A DNA stretch of 64,000 nucleotides from a virus. The stretch spans positions 1 through 64,000 of IMG/VR virus record IMGVR_UViG_3300012928_000001. One strand, 5' to 3'. Shown piece by piece: positions 62,214 to 64,000 of the stretch. The notes under the pieces were generated by a model. The model was given only the letters and a program-made list of their open reading frames with translations. It made no database searches and was not told the DNA's origin. A program made the position numbers and the translations under genes. Position 1 is the stretch's first letter, and each line of letters starts with the position of its first letter.

Positions 62214-62681
62214 ATGCCAGTCGTCGGAGCCCCTCGCGTTTTTGAGGATCGATTCAAGTACCGCGTCGAGATCGATGGGGTCGCGCACGCGGGATTCAAC
62301 AAGTGCAGCGCCCTCGAAGCTGAGATCGACAAGATCGAGTACCGGGAGGGCGGGCGGCTCACGCCGCAAAAGAGTCCCGGGCTCGTCAACATTTCCGACA
62401 TCACGCTCGAACGCGGCGCCGTCTCGTCGGATTCGGATCTCTACGATTGGTTCACGCAGGTCGTGGATCTCGTGGCGAACACCGGACAGATCGAGGACAC
62501 CTTTCGGCGCAACTTCGACATCGTGGTGCTCGACCGGGACAACAACCCGATCAAGCGGTGGCGGTGCACCGACGCGTGGCCGACCAAGTTCACCGCGGGC
62601 GATTGGGACAACGACGCGAGCGAGCACAACATCGAGATGGTCGTGGTCACCATGAACTCGTTCCGTCGCGTGCCTGTCTGA
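62214..62681 (+). CDS. Tail tube protein (T4 gp19-like)
   Basis: FKYRVEIDG, F..CSALE, IEYREGG, KSPG, ITLERG, LYDWF, AWPTKF motifs. Confidence 0.95.
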   Translation: MPVVGAPRVFEDRFKYRVEIDGVAHAGFNKCSALEAEIDKIEYREGGRLTPQKSPGLVNISDITLERGAVSSDSDLYDWFTQVVDLVANTGQIEDTFRRNFDIVVLDRDNNPIKRWRCTDAWPTKFTAGDWDNDASEHNIEMVVVTMNSFRRVPV

Positions 62682-62775
62682 GCCTCGCCGGCTCGTGGCG
62701 ACCTAGGGCCTGCGAGAGCGGGCCCTTTGTCTTGGGCTGCGCCAGCCCCCGACCGCGTGTATCATTGCCAGCACC

Positions 62776-63594
62776 ATGGGACGCCAAATCACCACCACCA
62801 CCCCGTCTGGACTCATCGCCACCGTGCGCGGCTTGAAGGGCGCCGAAATCAACCTCTTCGCCAACAAGACCGAGGCCGAGCAGCGCAACGTCGGCATGGA
62901 GCTGCTCGACAGCATCACGCTCTCGGTCGAGGACGCGGGCCCGCTGTACGAGCTCGACGACAAGGGCCGCCCGGACTGGGAAAAGCTGATCGACGCCGAT
63001 CGCTTTTGGCTCTACATGTTCGGGCGGATCGCCACCTACGGGGCCGACTACGTCTTCCGCTACCAATGCGGCAAGGCGACGTGTCGGCATCGCTTCGGAT
63101 GGGGCGTGCAGCTCGATCGGGACTTGAAGCAAAAGCAGCTGCCCGCAAGGAGCATCGAGCAGTTCCTCGAAGGGAACTGCTTTGGTCCGATCCACTTCGG
63201 CGACGACGAGATCCACTTTCAGCTGCTCACGGGTGAGATCGAAAAGGCCGGACTCGCCATGAAGAACCGGCGCCCCGACGAAGCGACTACGCTCACCGTG
63301 GCCAACCGGATCAAGGCCCTCAACGCCGACGAGTCAAAGGTCAACATCCACAATTGGGTGAAGGCGCTCGACCTGCTCGACCTGCTCGACCTGATCGACG
63401 AGCTCGATCGGGTCGACGGCGGCATCGACACGGACATTGAAATCCAGTGTCCCAAATGCGGGCACATCCAGGAGGTGCGCCTCCCTTTGGGCGTCGATTT
63501 CTGGACCCCGGACAAGCGGCTGCGCTCGCTCGTGAAGAAGGGCGTGAAGATCCCGGAGGGCGGTGGGCATATCCGGCTGAGCTCGGATTCCTGA
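62776..63594 (+). CDS. Tail assembly chaperone/baseplate-hub-assembly-like protein with two CxxC-type motifs
   Basis: DR..L...RIATYG, QCGKATC, IQCPKCGH; between tube and tape measure. Confidence 0.75.
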   Translation: MGRQITTTTPSGLIATVRGLKGAEINLFANKTEAEQRNVGMELLDSITLSVEDAGPLYELDDKGRPDWEKLIDADRFWLYMFGRIATYGADYVFRYQCGKATCRHRFGWGVQLDRDLKQKQLPARSIEQFLEGNCFGPIHFGDDEIHFQLLTGEIEKAGLAMKNRRPDEATTLTVANRIKALNADESKVNIHNWVKALDLLDLLDLIDELDRVDGGIDTDIEIQCPKCGHIQEVRLPLGVDFWTPDKRLRSLVKKGVKIPEGGGHIRLSSDS

Positions 63595-63830
63595 GCGTCT
63601 TTCCTCTCCCAGATCTCAAAGACTACTGGGAGATGGCGTTCAATCTCACCTATCAGCGATACCCCGGTTCAGGTACTACGCTTACCCTCGCCGATGTACA
63701 CGCAATGGATTGGGATCAGATTCTGTGGTGGTCAAAGCGACTACGTCGCGCGTGGGATGAGGAAGTCTCCGCACTGAGTGGGCGCAAAGAACTCGATCAA
63801 CTGAACGACGATCACCAACTAGACGAATGA
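63447..63830 (+). CDS. Probable frameshift-accessed chaperone extension
   Basis: -1 frame relative to 62776..63594, overlaps its end, ends just before tape measure. Confidence 0.5.
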   Translation: MSQMRAHPGGAPPFGRRFLDPGQAAALAREEGREDPGGRWAYPAELGFLSVFPLPDLKDYWEMAFNLTYQRYPGSGTTLTLADVHAMDWDQILWWSKRLRRAWDEEVSALSGRKELDQLNDDHQLDE

Positions 63831-63848
63831 CAGCAGAGGTGTGAGCAC

Positions 63849-64000
63849 ATGGCATTGAACGGACTCGGCCTAGGGCTCACCTTTTCCGCGGCGGATCTTG
63901 CTAGCGGACCGATCCGGCGACTGACTCACTCGGTCGCTTCCTTGGACATCGCGTTGACGCGAGTGACCAAGCGGATCGCAGGATTCAACGCTTCGCAGCG
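63849..64000 (+). CDS. Tape measure protein, N-terminus (truncated by window)
   Basis: MALNGLGLGLTFSAADLASGPIRRL; expected position after the chaperones. Confidence 0.75.
   Translation, partial: MALNGLGLGLTFSAADLASGPIRRLTHSVASLDIALTRVTKRIAGFNASQ

Noticed and set aside
47799-64000. Tailocin or extracellular contractile injection system
   Set aside because: Portal, protease, capsid and terminase are present, so this is a complete phage morphogenesis module.
1-64000. tRNA, rRNA, integrase, reverse transcriptase/DGR
   Set aside because: No cloverleaf or T-loop signatures, recombinase or RT motifs, or TR/VR pairs noticed by eye; a tRNAscan/HMM run would be needed to exclude them.

Overview
A 64-kb segment of a GC-rich tailed dsDNA phage (contractile-tailed, probably infecting a myxobacterium). 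Essentially all credible genes are on the + strand. Layout: (1) ~1.9-12.5 kb, an early/host-takeover array in which 15 copies of a ~105-bp promoter+leader element each drive one or two mostly small ORFs, with two type III hammerhead ribozymes between genes; (2) ~13-43 kb, an accessory region with 21 copies (plus one at 3509) of a second, apparently leaderless promoter, ~20 paralogous winged-helix-like proteins, Cys-rich lipoproteins, dUTPase, a HAD protein, an adenine MTase, a likely TerS, TerL and three hairpin-rich sRNA candidates; (3) 43.2-45.8 kb, a coupled ParB-like/chorismate mutase/C5-MTase/CmoA operon that looks like a DNA carboxymethylation pathway with its own prephenate supply; (4) 46.5-64 kb, the morphogenesis module (portal, gpF-like, XkdF protease, scaffold, capsid, neck, sheath, tube, chaperone, start of tape measure). 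The most striking candidate for a new system is RNA-level control: one sRNA shows loops antisense to both conserved motifs of the 15 early leaders, and another shows anti-Shine-Dalgarno loops while the middle genes appear leaderless. All calls come from reading motifs by eye; no searches or folding programs were run.
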